Positions 18,626 to 29,348 are shown, counted from the stretch's first letter. The stretch is 64,000 bases of DNA from Candidatus Bathyarchaeota archaeon (GCA_963733055.1 CAVTBR010000001.1:1152001-1216000), one strand, 5' to 3'. Numbers and translations: made by a program. The notes: generated by a model from the letters alone, not told the origin.

Positions 18626-19780
18626 CTAAGCGAAGGGGGTGATGGGTTTACCTTCAGCGAAGCGGCTGAGACGAAACTCACGGACATCGACCCCCTTAGT
18701 CTTACCGTCCAGGACGAACTCCGCCATCAATCGCCCCGTGCATGGCGAGAACCTGAAGCCGTGCCCACTGAAGCCCACTGCACAATAGAGGCCTTCGTAG
18801 CCTGGTAACTCGTCTAAGATGGGATGGCCATCTGGCGATACATCGTAAGGTCCCGAATAACCTCCTTTGCTCACTGCCGCGGCCACCGCTGGAAGTCGTT
18901 GTACGAGTTTGTGTGCGAGTTTTGGCATCGTGTCGGGATCGAGGCCTTCTGGAAAATTATCTGGATCGCAAGCCAAACCCGGAGTTTCTATCTCCCCAAC
19001 CAAGATGTTCTCGCCTTCCGGTTTGATGTAAAGGTCATTCTCAAAATCATCGATTACGAGTCGTGGGCTCTTCGTCACATCCTCTAATCTGAACAAGCAT
19101 ACCTGTTTACGGGTGGGTTTTATGGGCAATTTTACGCCGAGGTCAGCTAACAGCTTCGGGGCCCACACATTCGCCGCGACAACCACCTTGTTCGCGCTGA
19201 ATGTTCCTTTGTTAGTTTCAATCATCTTCTTGCCACCCTCAACTCTGATTCTAGTGACAAGCGCGTTCGTTTCGATTCGTGCGCCCAACTTTTCCGCGGC
19301 CTTTCCGTAGGCGCTTGTGGTTTCGACGGGGTTAGCATATCCGGCAAATGGTTCATGAACAGCAACTGTCAGATCATTCGTTAGTACGCCTGGCTGCAAT
19401 TTTGCTACTTCTTGGGGTGAGATTAGTTGAGATTTTGCTCCAAGGCTTGTTTCGGCCGCTACGGTCTTCTTGATTCTTGCCTCGAACTTTTTCCCGGTCA
19501 GTCCCATCCAACCTGTGTGGCGGAAGCCTGAGTTGCCTCCGATTCGCTCCTCGAAATTTCTGAAAACATCGATACTCTCTAGGAGCATTTTCACGAGTGG
19601 TTCGCTAGCGTTCCATACTCCAATGTTTACTATTGCGCTTGACTTTCCGGTGGCGCCCCACGCTAAATGGCCGCGTTCTAGCAATAGCACATCTTTGCAT
19701 CCCAAACGGGCCAACTGTAAAATCGTGCTGGTGCCTACACAGCCTCCCCCGACAACTGCGACTTCCGCGGTCTGATTCAT
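18626..19780 (-). CDS. FAD-dependent amine oxidoreductase (DadA/sarcosine oxidase beta family)
   Basis: VVGGGCVG, GATGKS, YDVSPDGHPIL and GFSGHGFRFSP motifs. Confidence 0.85.
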   Translation of the reverse strand: MNQTAEVAVVGGGCVGTSTILQLARLGCKDVLLLERGHLAWGATGKSSAIVNIGVWNASEPLVKMLLESIDVFRNFEERIGGNSGFRHTGWMGLTGKKFEARIKKTVAAETSLGAKSQLISPQEVAKLQPGVLTNDLTVAVHEPFAGYANPVETTSAYGKAAEKLGARIETNALVTRIRVEGGKKMIETNKGTFSANKVVVAANVWAPKLLADLGVKLPIKPTRKQVCLFRLEDVTKSPRLVIDDFENDLYIKPEGENILVGEIETPGLACDPDNFPEGLDPDTMPKLAHKLVQRLPAVAAAVSKGGYSGPYDVSPDGHPILDELPGYEGLYCAVGFSGHGFRFSPCTGRLMAEFVLDGKTKGVDVREFRLSRFAEGKPITPFA

Positions 19781-19833
19781 AGCGATCCACGATGACGCTC
19801 TTTTGCTTCTTGACTGTAATAATTATTCTCGAC

Positions 19834-21204
19834 TTAGTTCGAGGACAATGCAATTGCCTTCAACGATTCTTCGGCCGCCTTTAGCGTCAAGTCCACGTCA
19901 CCTTCAGAATGGGCGGTGGATACGAACATGTGTTGATATTGGAGGGGATGTAATAGTACGCCTCTCTTCAGCATCTGTCTATGATAGGCATTGTACCGTG
20001 CAAAGTTGCATGTCAGAAATTCCCTATAGTTTCGAACCTTCTTTAGCGGTGTGAATAGGATTTGTATACCCAATTGCGCCATGCCTTGAACGATCGCTTC
20101 TGTTCTGGTTGACGCGACAAGGCGCGTTAGCCCTTCTTGAAGCCTCGTGCCGATCTTGTTCATGCGGCGGTAGTTATGACCGTTATTGCGTGTCAGCTCT
20201 GTTAGCGTCGCGTACGCTGCGGCGCATGAAATTGGGTTTCCATTGAACGTCCCAGCATGCATAATCTTTCCTGGCCCAACTTGCTCGAGGATGCGTCTTT
20301 TTCCGGTGATCGCCGCTATCGGAAAGCCGCCGCCCAGTGCTTTCGCGAAACAGGCTAAGTCTGGAGTGACTCCGAAATGTTGTTGGGCGCCTCCGGGCGC
20401 CAGTCGGAAGCCTGTGATGACTTCGTCAAAGATGAGCATCACGTCATGTTTCTGAGTGATCTCTCTCGCCGTCTGGAGGTATCCTTCTTCGGGCGGTGAG
20501 ATTCCTATGTCCATCATTACGGGTTCCATTATTACTCCGGCAAGTTCGTTTGCATATCGCTTGACGGTTTTTTCGAGAATATCCGGGTTGTTCCAAGGGA
20601 TGACTATGGTATTCCTTGTTGTATCTTCTGGAATCCCGGGGCTCGCTGGCACCTTGTAAGGAGCGATCTCCGACCCTAATGCCGCCAGAGGTGCTCCTAC
20701 AATATTCAGTAGGACGTAATCGTGTGCGCCATGGTAGTGGCCCTCGAATTTGATGATCTTGTTTCGGCCAGTATAACCTCTGGCGATTCTTATTGCGCTC
20801 ATAGTAGCCTCGGCCCCTGTCATGGAGAATCGGACCATCTCGGCGTTTGGAACCATCTCATGGATTTTCTCCGCGAGTTTCACCTCAAGCTCATCAAGCA
20901 TAGCGAATTGTAACCCATTTTCAAGCTGGGTCCTCACCGCTCTCGTAACGCTTGGATGGCAATGTCCGAGAATCAGAGGGCCAAAGCCAAGAAGGTAATC
21001 CACGTACTCGTTGTCATCGACATCCCAGACCCTCGAACCCGCACCCTTTCGAAGCGTCAATGGATAGGGATCGTAGGTTGGGGAGCATTGCGCATTCGAA
21101 CTTCCCCCACCGGGAATAAGCTTGCTCGCTCTAACGAAGAACTCCCAAGATTTTCTTGTGTTGAGACCCTTTACGTACTCCGGGTACTCAGTGGCACTGC
21201 TCAA
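19834..21204 (-). CDS. Class III PLP aminotransferase, glutamate-1-semialdehyde aminomutase-like paralogue
   Basis: FEGHYHG, LIFDEVITGFR, FAKALGGGFP and GTFNGNP motifs; lacks HemL GGVNSPVR/NSGTEA. Confidence 0.8.
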   Translation of the reverse strand: MSSATEYPEYVKGLNTRKSWEFFVRASKLIPGGGSSNAQCSPTYDPYPLTLRKGAGSRVWDVDDNEYVDYLLGFGPLILGHCHPSVTRAVRTQLENGLQFAMLDELEVKLAEKIHEMVPNAEMVRFSMTGAEATMSAIRIARGYTGRNKIIKFEGHYHGAHDYVLLNIVGAPLAALGSEIAPYKVPASPGIPEDTTRNTIVIPWNNPDILEKTVKRYANELAGVIMEPVMMDIGISPPEEGYLQTAREITQKHDVMLIFDEVITGFRLAPGGAQQHFGVTPDLACFAKALGGGFPIAAITGKRRILEQVGPGKIMHAGTFNGNPISCAAAYATLTELTRNNGHNYRRMNKIGTRLQEGLTRLVASTRTEAIVQGMAQLGIQILFTPLKKVRNYREFLTCNFARYNAYHRQMLKRGVLLHPLQYQHMFVSTAHSEGDVDLTLKAAEESLKAIALSSN

Positions 21205-21452
21205 CTTCTATCACCTGCGCTCGACGATTGTATTTGATTTAAAAGCCTAGAGGTTTCCGTCGTAACGTCATCCTGTTAGTGAAAACGTTTTGTCGACATC
21301 GTTAGGCAAACCGCGTGTTGTGCCCAAGAAATAATTAATCCTAATCATGGTTCATCCGGATGAAATCGGGTAACGATGCTTTCAAATTCCGACGTTTTTT
21401 CTTTCCCAAAATGTTATATGCAAACCTCTTCCAGTAACCTTACTGGATTTCT

Positions 21453-23366
21453 ATGAGCACTACATCTCGTGCTAAGAAACCGATTATCGCTGTTGTAATT
21501 ATCATAATCGTCCTCGTTGCGGGGGTATGGTACTACACTTCGCAGACCGCACCTTCTACCTCAACCACATCCTCGCCGTTCAACACCCAATCGACAAGTG
21601 CACAAGGCGGCGCCCCCTCGACCCTTGTGATTGATGACCCATTCTGGCCTAGTGGAGACCTAAACCAATTCAACTCTATCTACGCTATACCCTACCCTGA
21701 CTGGTTGACGTACACCGTCTATCAGGCACTTGTTACGCTCGATGGGAATGCGCTCTACTCTTCAGGAGATGTTAAGGTCCTACCGATGCTGGCAACCGAT
21801 TGGAACGTATCCTCCGACGGTACAACCTACACATTCAACCTGAGGCAAAACGTGGCCTTCTCGAACGGCGACCCCTTCAACGCCTACCAGGTCTGGGGAC
21901 AATTTTACGGCTTGTATTACTTATCTGGCAACAGCAGCGCGTGGTTCAACGCTTACCCCGTCTTCGATACATCAACAATAAAATTCGGACCAGCCACGCT
22001 GGCATTGATGGCACAGAGCGGGCTGGTAAACCCAACACCTGACTTGTTGAAGATCATGATGGATACCACACAACCAATCTACGTAACTAGTCAATACCAG
22101 ATGGTATTCCATCTAAAGGCGCCATTCGGGTATTTCCCAACCGTTTTGCCTACTTATGTGGGACTGATTTTTGATACTCAGTACGTTCTTCAAAATGGTG
22201 GATTCGGCACACCGACTGCCTTCAACACCCAGTTCAACCAGCACCCCATCCCAGGAACAGGACCGTATGTTGTGACGGATGTTTCAGAGAATTCCTACGT
22301 AAAATTCGCCAAGAACCCAACCTACTGGGGAGCCAACTTAAGCGCTGCAGACATCCAAGCTAATGCTTACCTAGACCCCGGGCATGTTCAGAACGTTATC
22401 ATATACTCAAAGTCTGACGACGTAGCCAGATACACTGACTTATCGACCGGAGCAGCTCAGATAGCTGCGGTCCAAACCCAGGACTGGCCGCAGATTCTAA
22501 AGAACCCTGACAAGTACGGATACTTTGTAATGCCTGATTCCTCGATGGCCTTCGTCGGCATCTCAATGAATACTCTCCGCTATCCTACAAACATCACAGC
22601 GTTTCGGAACGCAATCGTCCACGCCGTGAATGTGACTGACATTTCGCAACGAGTCTTCTTTGGCGGACTAGCTCCAATGGTTGGACCTGAGTATCCGGCC
22701 CAAAAGCAATATTACGACTTGGGAAACCTCCCACCCTACTCGTACGACCTGACGTTGGCGAAGCAGTACTTGGCTCAATCCGGGGTTGACGTCACGAAGC
22801 TAACTCCGCTGGAATTCCGAGTGGTTTCTGGGTGTGGGTACTGTTACTCTACCGCGCAAATAGTTCAGGCTGATTTGGCACAGATTGGGATCACCTTGAA
22901 CATTGAGGTCACACCAGGTAACCAGTACGCATTGCCTTACGTCGCGGGTGCCGGATCATTTGCGGGGGGTGTGAACGCGTCGCAACAGGTGGCACAGCTC
23001 ACTTGGTTCGGAACAGGAACTTTCGCTCCAACCGCTCCAACTCCGGCAGACGCTTGGCTGATGTTCGGTAGCGATAAAGCCCCCGCCAACAACTACGCGA
23101 TCTATTCTAACCCAATAGTTCAGAAGTGTGTGGACTCTTGGACAACGGTCAGTGACCCGAATGTCCTTACGAGCGTCTGCACCGCTGCGCAAAAACAATT
23201 CTACGATGATGCACCCTACCTCTGGCTTGGCGGAATCAAACTAGTCTTCGGCGGAGGATCAGTTGCTTGGCAGAAGAGCGTTGTTAAGGGCGCACTCCTC
23301 GACCCAATATTCACAGGCATAAGCTCAACGGTCATCTTCAACACTGTAACATTCGTTGGCAGCTAA
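21453..23366 (+). CDS. ABC substrate-binding protein, family 5 (Dpp/Opp type)
   Basis: N-terminal TM anchor plus S/T-rich linker; PMLATDW..S.DG.TYTFNLR, FSNGDPFNA and PGTGPY motifs. Confidence 0.88.
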   Translation: MSTTSRAKKPIIAVVIIIIVLVAGVWYYTSQTAPSTSTTSSPFNTQSTSAQGGAPSTLVIDDPFWPSGDLNQFNSIYAIPYPDWLTYTVYQALVTLDGNALYSSGDVKVLPMLATDWNVSSDGTTYTFNLRQNVAFSNGDPFNAYQVWGQFYGLYYLSGNSSAWFNAYPVFDTSTIKFGPATLALMAQSGLVNPTPDLLKIMMDTTQPIYVTSQYQMVFHLKAPFGYFPTVLPTYVGLIFDTQYVLQNGGFGTPTAFNTQFNQHPIPGTGPYVVTDVSENSYVKFAKNPTYWGANLSAADIQANAYLDPGHVQNVIIYSKSDDVARYTDLSTGAAQIAAVQTQDWPQILKNPDKYGYFVMPDSSMAFVGISMNTLRYPTNITAFRNAIVHAVNVTDISQRVFFGGLAPMVGPEYPAQKQYYDLGNLPPYSYDLTLAKQYLAQSGVDVTKLTPLEFRVVSGCGYCYSTAQIVQADLAQIGITLNIEVTPGNQYALPYVAGAGSFAGGVNASQQVAQLTWFGTGTFAPTAPTPADAWLMFGSDKAPANNYAIYSNPIVQKCVDSWTTVSDPNVLTSVCTAAQKQFYDDAPYLWLGGIKLVFGGGSVAWQKSVVKGALLDPIFTGISSTVIFNTVTFVGS

Positions 23367-23457
23367 AGCAGCTCAAACTAGCACCCACCCCGCTATTTCT
23401 GATTCGGGGTGAGGTGACACAAGCATATTTCGCGATAGAGGCTCGGTCTAAAGCGAA

Positions 23458-24480
23458 ATGAACATAGCAACGTACATCTTACGCAGAGTAGGCTTCGGCG
23501 TTATCGTAGTACTCAGCGTCATGACGATAACATTCGTGCTATCGCATAGCCTTGGCGGGGACCCAATTTACGCCTGGTTGGGAAAAGCGGCCGGTATGCA
23601 TCCCGACCTCGCTCAGGCTTACATCCAGAAGTATCATCTCCACGACCCGGTATACGTTCAGTACTACTTCTATCTGGTGAACTTGGCGCAAGGGAACATG
23701 GGATATTCGCCCTCGCGCAATTTTATTCCTGTTACTCAGGCAATTGCAGAAAGTCTTCCGTACACGATCCAAATAGCATTATTCGCAATTATCATAACAC
23801 TCGCTGTGGGCGTACTCTTAGGAGTTGTATCTGCTCGGTATCATCATACACCAATTGACGCCGCGATTCGAGGCTTCTACTTGACCGGTTATGCCTCCCC
23901 GCCGTTCTTCGTGGCGTTGATATTGCTAATCATATTCACATACTTTCTTGGTATTTTGCCGAGTGGTGAAGCTTTTGATCCGAGCTTTACGAGACCATAT
24001 TGGATCACTGGAATACCGGTCATTGACGGGGTGCTTGAAGGGAATTTCTCGTATAGTGCCAGCGCCTTTACCCATTTGATTCTCCCGAGCGCTGCGCTCG
24101 CGCTGGTGACTTTTGGAATCGTAACCAGAGTGCTCCGCAGCTCACTCCTCGAAATCATGCATACTAATTACATCCGAACCGCTCGAGCGAAGGGGCTTGA
24201 TGAGAACACGGTATTCTATAAGCACGGTCTCCGGCACGCACTCATTCCGATAGTATCGCTCTCTTCTCTGATCGTAACATGGCTGATAACGGGAACGATT
24301 TTCGTGGAGAATGTGTTCTCGTACCCTGGACTGGGTCGTTATCTGGTTCAAGCGCTTAACGGGGAGGACTACCCGGGAATACTCGGAGCGGCCATAGTAT
24401 ATGCGCTTGTTATTGTCGCGGCCAACTTGGTCGCAGATATCCTGTACGCAGTCGTCGATCCTCAAGTCAGACTTGGTTGA
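23458..24480 (+). CDS. dppB: Dpp/Opp ABC permease B
   Basis: YIRTARAKGL...KHGLRHAL and ENVFSYPGLG motifs. Confidence 0.9.
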   Translation: MNIATYILRRVGFGVIVVLSVMTITFVLSHSLGGDPIYAWLGKAAGMHPDLAQAYIQKYHLHDPVYVQYYFYLVNLAQGNMGYSPSRNFIPVTQAIAESLPYTIQIALFAIIITLAVGVLLGVVSARYHHTPIDAAIRGFYLTGYASPPFFVALILLIIFTYFLGILPSGEAFDPSFTRPYWITGIPVIDGVLEGNFSYSASAFTHLILPSAALALVTFGIVTRVLRSSLLEIMHTNYIRTARAKGLDENTVFYKHGLRHALIPIVSLSSLIVTWLITGTIFVENVFSYPGLGRYLVQALNGEDYPGILGAAIVYALVIVAANLVADILYAVVDPQVRLG

Positions 24481-24489
24481 TGTCAACCT

Positions 24490-25371
24490 TTGGAGTCCAA
24501 GACAGTTAGCCATCGCTTTTCCGTCGCTACTCGCAACTTTTTCTCGCTAGTCTTTAGAACAAAGGAAGGCGCGATTGGATTTGGAATCGTAACCATGTAT
24601 CTAGTAACTGCAGTCGTCGTTTTGTTGGCAGGACTGTTCAAATTTACGGTGACACCTTATGACCCTCTCTTGCAAAGCGTAGGTCCTTCCCTTGGACCGC
24701 CATCGACATCCCACCTGTTTGGAACAGACTTTCTCGGCCGTGACGTGTTTAGTCGGGTCATTTGGAGTCTACCCAACGATTTGTTTGTTAGCTTCGCCGT
24801 GGTAGGGATCGCTCTCGTTGCTGGCGCCATAATCGGCGCAGTCGCAGCATTCAAAGGGGGTTTGCTCGACGAGCTACTAATGCGGTTCACTGACGTGATA
24901 TTTTCGCTTCCGGCGTTGGTGATAGCAATGGTAATCGCAGTCGCTCTCGGTCCGGGGCTAATCCACATGATGATTGCGTTGATGATAATATGGTGGCCAC
25001 CCTACGCACGAGTCGCAAGGGGAGAGGCGTTACGAGTTTCGCACCAGAACTACATTGAAGCTGCCCGATTCGCTGGCCAGCGAACCGTTGGAATAATATT
25101 CAAACACGTACTGCCAAACATTTCGTTGACATTACTCATTTACGCGACGCTTGATGTCGCAACCGTGGTCTTGACTTATGCGGGTTTGAGCTACCTTGGA
25201 TTATCAGTGAGGCCACCCCAACCTGACTTGGGTGAGATGATCAGCACATCTCAGGACTATTTGATTACAGCCCCATGGCTGCCAATCATCCCTGGTCTTG
25301 TGATCGCGCTTGCGGTCGTTGGTTTTAGTCTTCTGGGAGATGGGCTCAGAGATGCTTTGGAGGCGGGATAG
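24490..25371 (+). CDS. dppC: Dpp/Opp ABC permease C
   Basis: HLFGTDFLGRDVFSR and YIEAARFAG...KHVLPN motifs. Confidence 0.9.
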   Translation: MESKTVSHRFSVATRNFFSLVFRTKEGAIGFGIVTMYLVTAVVVLLAGLFKFTVTPYDPLLQSVGPSLGPPSTSHLFGTDFLGRDVFSRVIWSLPNDLFVSFAVVGIALVAGAIIGAVAAFKGGLLDELLMRFTDVIFSLPALVIAMVIAVALGPGLIHMMIALMIIWWPPYARVARGEALRVSHQNYIEAARFAGQRTVGIIFKHVLPNISLTLLIYATLDVATVVLTYAGLSYLGLSVRPPQPDLGEMISTSQDYLITAPWLPIIPGLVIALAVVGFSLLGDGLRDALEAG

Positions 25372-26432
25372 TGGGGTCGCTCCTGGATATTCAGGATCTC
25401 ACCGTAGCCTACGCTACAAAAACGGGGCCAATAACGGCTGTTGACCATGTCAACTTACAACTCCAGCAGGATGAATTCCTCGCCATAGTCGGGGAGTCAG
25501 GATGCGGAAAATCCACGCTTGGCCTCTCCATAATCGGCCTACTTCCAAAACCGCCAGCGAAAATCGTTGAAGGATCGATTCAATACAAGGATACGGACCT
25601 CGTCCAGCTCCCCCGGAACAAAATCAGAGAATACCGCGGGACCGAAATTGCTATGATTTTCCAGGAACCATTAACCAGCCTCAGCCCAGTCTACAGAATA
25701 GGCGATCAGATTGCTGAAGCGATCATGATTCGCGAGTCAAGGAAGGATGGAAACGCGAGTACTGACAGCGAGATCATGCAAAGAACCTACAAAAGAAACG
25801 CTCGCCTAATCAAACGTACCCTGAGGTTTAAGCGCAAAATTCCCGCCGACCTTCAAGAAGAGGTAATTCGTTACCTGACGTTGGTTAGAATCGGTGACCC
25901 CGAACAGGTTCTGGAACGCTACCCGTTTGAATTGTCCGGCGGAATGACGCAGCGCGTTATGATTGCGATGGCGCTATCCCAAGAACCTGCGTTGCTCCTT
26001 GCCGATGAACCAACGACAGCCCTCGATGTAACCACTCAGGCCCAGGTGCTCAAGCTGATGAAAGAACTCATCCGGAAGGTAAGAACAAGTATTCTACTCG
26101 TGACTCACGACTTGGCGGTTGCAAGCCAAGTTGCCGACAGAGTCGTCGTTATGTATGCGGGTCAGATAGCTGAAGACGCCGACGTAATCAGCTTATTCTC
26201 ACACCCATTGCACCCCTACACTCAAGGTCTCCTTTCTTGTATCCCATCAGGCTACAAGGACGACAGCCAGCTCAAACCGATTTCGGGCTCACTTCCAGAT
26301 CTGAGAAGCGTGCAAATCGGTTGCAGATTCGCACCTAGATGCCCGCACGCCATGGCGGTTTGCAATAAACAGCCCCCCCACCTGATCCAACACGGGAACA
26401 CGCAGAAGGTGTCATGTTTCCTTTATGACTAG
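25371..26432 (+). CDS. dppD: Dpp/Opp ABC ATPase D
   Basis: GESGCGKS, LSGGM, DEPTT and C-terminal HPYT...GCRFAPRC. Confidence 0.92.
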   Translation: MGSLLDIQDLTVAYATKTGPITAVDHVNLQLQQDEFLAIVGESGCGKSTLGLSIIGLLPKPPAKIVEGSIQYKDTDLVQLPRNKIREYRGTEIAMIFQEPLTSLSPVYRIGDQIAEAIMIRESRKDGNASTDSEIMQRTYKRNARLIKRTLRFKRKIPADLQEEVIRYLTLVRIGDPEQVLERYPFELSGGMTQRVMIAMALSQEPALLLADEPTTALDVTTQAQVLKLMKELIRKVRTSILLVTHDLAVASQVADRVVVMYAGQIAEDADVISLFSHPLHPYTQGLLSCIPSGYKDDSQLKPISGSLPDLRSVQIGCRFAPRCPHAMAVCNKQPPHLIQHGNTQKVSCFLYD

Positions 26433-27420
26433 CACAACAGAAACCATACTCCGAACTGAGAATCTTAAGAAATACTTCCCTATCCGCAAGGGATTCAACC
26501 CATTCCTTCGCCGCGAACAACGCTTCGTTAGGGCTGTGGATGGAGTCTCGATCAGTGTCCAGAAAGGGAAAACCGTTGCGATAGTTGGCGAGTCTGGTTG
26601 CGGAAAAACCACCCTCGCAAGAACAATTGGACTAATGATGCAGCCTTCAGGAGGGAAACTCTACTTTGAAGAGAGGGATATTACCGAGGGTAAGATTGAC
26701 CGGAACCAGATCTACCGCGACATGCAAATGGTCTACCAGGACCCCGAGTCCTCTCTGGATCCTCGGATGAAAATCGGACAGTCGATAGGCGAGCCACTCC
26801 ATGGTTTAATGCGATGGGAGAAGAAAGTTGTCAACGATGCCGTGAGGAGAAGCCTCGAGCGCGTTGGCCTTTCAGCAGAGTTCGCGGAACGTTTACCCCG
26901 ACAGCTCAGCGGAGGGCAAAAGCAGCGAGTTGCAATAGCGAGAGCGATTGCGATTCAACCCTCACTTGTAATCTTGGACGAACCTACGAGTGCCCTGGAT
27001 GCCTCTGTTCAAGCGCAGATTCTCAAGCTACTGCTTGACATTCAGAAGGAGTTCAACCTCACGTACATTCTAATAACCCATAACATCGCGGTTGCAAAGT
27101 ACATGGCCGACTTCGTTGCAGTAATGTACGCCGGCAATGTTGTGGAACACGGACCTTGCAAGACAGTGATTTCCAAGCCACGACACCCTTACACCATCGC
27201 TCTAATCTCCTCAGCCCCGGTTCCAGACCCGACCACCCGCAACCTCCTCCAAACCGAAATCAAGGGAGAAGTACCCAGCGCGATAGACCCACCATCAGGG
27301 TGTAAGTTCCACCCGCGATGCCCATTCGCCGAAGGCATCTGCACTTCGTCAGTCCCGCAGCTTGAAGAGATTTCCCCAGGCCACTTCGTCGCCTGCCACT
27401 TTGTCAATAAAACCGCGTAG
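26425..27420 (+). CDS. dppF: Dpp/Opp ABC ATPase F
   Basis: GESGCGKT, LSGGQKQR, DEPTS and GCKFHPRC motifs. Confidence 0.92.
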   Translation: MTSTTETILRTENLKKYFPIRKGFNPFLRREQRFVRAVDGVSISVQKGKTVAIVGESGCGKTTLARTIGLMMQPSGGKLYFEERDITEGKIDRNQIYRDMQMVYQDPESSLDPRMKIGQSIGEPLHGLMRWEKKVVNDAVRRSLERVGLSAEFAERLPRQLSGGQKQRVAIARAIAIQPSLVILDEPTSALDASVQAQILKLLLDIQKEFNLTYILITHNIAVAKYMADFVAVMYAGNVVEHGPCKTVISKPRHPYTIALISSAPVPDPTTRNLLQTEIKGEVPSAIDPPSGCKFHPRCPFAEGICTSSVPQLEEISPGHFVACHFVNKTA

Positions 27421-27508
27421 TCATTACCTAACGGATTATGATTAATGCGGCAGAGAAAAGTCGTTATAGAAGCACCGTATTTCGGACAACATTCTGGTCG
27501 AATGAGCC

Positions 27509-28498
27509 ATGCCTCAAGTTAGCATCGGTATAGTGGGCTTAGGAACACAAGCGCAGAACCACCTACTCGTGCTTTCACGCGATAACAGAGTTCGGCTAGC
27601 CGGTGTCTCAGACATCTTGACCCCAATCGCTGAATCAACGGCTAAGAAATATGGATGCAAGAGCTACAGAACCTATCAGGAATTGATCGACTCGGAGAAA
27701 CTGGATGCAATTTGGGTTGTGACCCCCAACGTTTTCCATCATGAGGCATTGAAATATGCCCTGTCAAAGGGACTCAACATCTTCTGCGAGAAACCTATGG
27801 TCATTAAATTAGATCACGCCCGCGAACTAATCAAGCTGGTAGAATCCGCGGGCGTAACCTTTCAGGTAGGACACAACCGCAGATTCGCGTTGGTGTACAA
27901 GAAGACGAAACAGCTCCTAGCTTCCGGGAAGATCAAGCCATACATGGTCGTCATGAAGATGGTTACGGGAGAATTACAGCGCCCAGCGTGGGGGGCTGAC
28001 CCGAAAATCTCAGGCGGTCATCTCTACGACACTACGCTCCATATGCTCGACATGGCACGATGGCTATTCGGAGAAGTCAAGGAGGTTAATTGCCGAGCCG
28101 AAGCGAACGTATACCCAGGCATCCTCAACGATTTTTGGATCAACCTGACCCATAACTCGGGACTTCACGTGCCGATATTCACGTCCGGACACGCATCGTG
28201 GATAGTTCCCTTCGAACGAGTAGAAATAATCGGCGACCACGCGACCATCATCACCGAAGAGATGAACAGAGTCAGCTACACGCTCAGCTTAGACACGCCG
28301 ACAGAAGTAGAAGAGTTCCATTACCTACCCCAAACGCTCAGTTGGGGTGTTGAAGAAGAAGACAAACTGTTCATCGACGCCATCATCGGAAAACAAAAAC
28401 CTCCAGTGACGGTTTATGATGGATGCAAGGCTGTCGAAATAATCGAGGCCTGTTACCGTTCAGCCGAGTCCAGAAAACCCATCTCACTCCCACTCTAA
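27509..28498 (+). CDS. Gfo/Idh/MocA oxidoreductase (myo-inositol dehydrogenase-like)
   Basis: GIVGLG, CEKP, GHNRRF and GGHLYDTTLHMLD motifs; adjacent to an IolI-like gene. Confidence 0.85.
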   Translation: MPQVSIGIVGLGTQAQNHLLVLSRDNRVRLAGVSDILTPIAESTAKKYGCKSYRTYQELIDSEKLDAIWVVTPNVFHHEALKYALSKGLNIFCEKPMVIKLDHARELIKLVESAGVTFQVGHNRRFALVYKKTKQLLASGKIKPYMVVMKMVTGELQRPAWGADPKISGGHLYDTTLHMLDMARWLFGEVKEVNCRAEANVYPGILNDFWINLTHNSGLHVPIFTSGHASWIVPFERVEIIGDHATIITEEMNRVSYTLSLDTPTEVEEFHYLPQTLSWGVEEEDKLFIDAIIGKQKPPVTVYDGCKAVEIIEACYRSAESRKPISLPL

Positions 28499-28501
28499 GG
28501 A

Positions 28502-29329
28502 TTGAAGGGAATCTTGAAACCATGCCTTAACCAGGACACGCTCAAGACTACTCCTACCGACAGATTCCTCGAGATCTCGAGCAAATACGGGTTCGATGCG
28601 GTAGAGTTTACAATCGATAAAATTGAAGCCACTTTACAAAACAAGACCCTCCCCGAAGTTAAAGCCTTAGTTAACCAAAAAAGACTCTCAGTCGCGAGCA
28701 TTAACGGCCCCGAAAACTTCAACTTGCTAAACGATCGGGCGTTCACGGAACTTCTCGACCGCACAGATAAGATCGTGAAAGCCGCTGGAGAACTTGATTG
28801 CCGACTACTCGTTCCGGTTCCTTCACCCGCCAGCGAAGGGATAGCTCAAGAAACTTCCGTAGCCCAAACGGCTTCGGCCCTATCGAAGATGGCTGACCGT
28901 TACGGATCTGGAGTCAGGTTGGGCCTAGAATTTCTTGGCATGAGCAATTGCAGCATAAATAACCTGCAGGCTGCGATCGAAACGATAAGACGCGTGAATA
29001 AGCCGAATGTCGGCCTCGTACTGGACTCATTCCATATGCATGTCAGCGACTCCAAATTCTCCGATATCGGCCGGTTGACGGCTGATCAGGTTTTTCTGGT
29101 GCACGTTAACGATTCTGAAAAGGGAGACAAGAAGAAACTCACGGATGCCAACCGCCTGTATCCAGGAGAAGGAGACATCAACTTGAAGGCGTTTGCCTAC
29201 GCTCTGAAGGGGATCGGGTACGACTACTACCTCAGCCTAGAACTACTTCGCCCGACCTATTGGGAGCAGGAACCAGGAGAAGTCGCGAAGAAAGGGCGTA
29301 ATTCTCTAAGTCACGTATTCGGTATATGA
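28502..29329 (+). CDS. iolI: Inosose isomerase IolI-like
   Basis: PCLNQ, LEFLG..CSIN, NVGLVLDSFH, HVND...LTDANRLYPGEG and SLELLRPTYW, similar to B. subtilis IolI. Confidence 0.7.
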   Translation: MKGILKPCLNQDTLKTTPTDRFLEISSKYGFDAVEFTIDKIEATLQNKTLPEVKALVNQKRLSVASINGPENFNLLNDRAFTELLDRTDKIVKAAGELDCRLLVPVPSPASEGIAQETSVAQTASALSKMADRYGSGVRLGLEFLGMSNCSINNLQAAIETIRRVNKPNVGLVLDSFHMHVSDSKFSDIGRLTADQVFLVHVNDSEKGDKKKLTDANRLYPGEGDINLKAFAYALKGIGYDYYLSLELLRPTYWEQEPGEVAKKGRNSLSHVFGI

Positions 29330-29348
29330 ACGATGGCTTGAGTTTGGG

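Noticed and set aside
19834-21204. Call as hemL
   Set aside because: Lacks GGVNSPVR and NSGTEA, and has no tetrapyrrole genes nearby.
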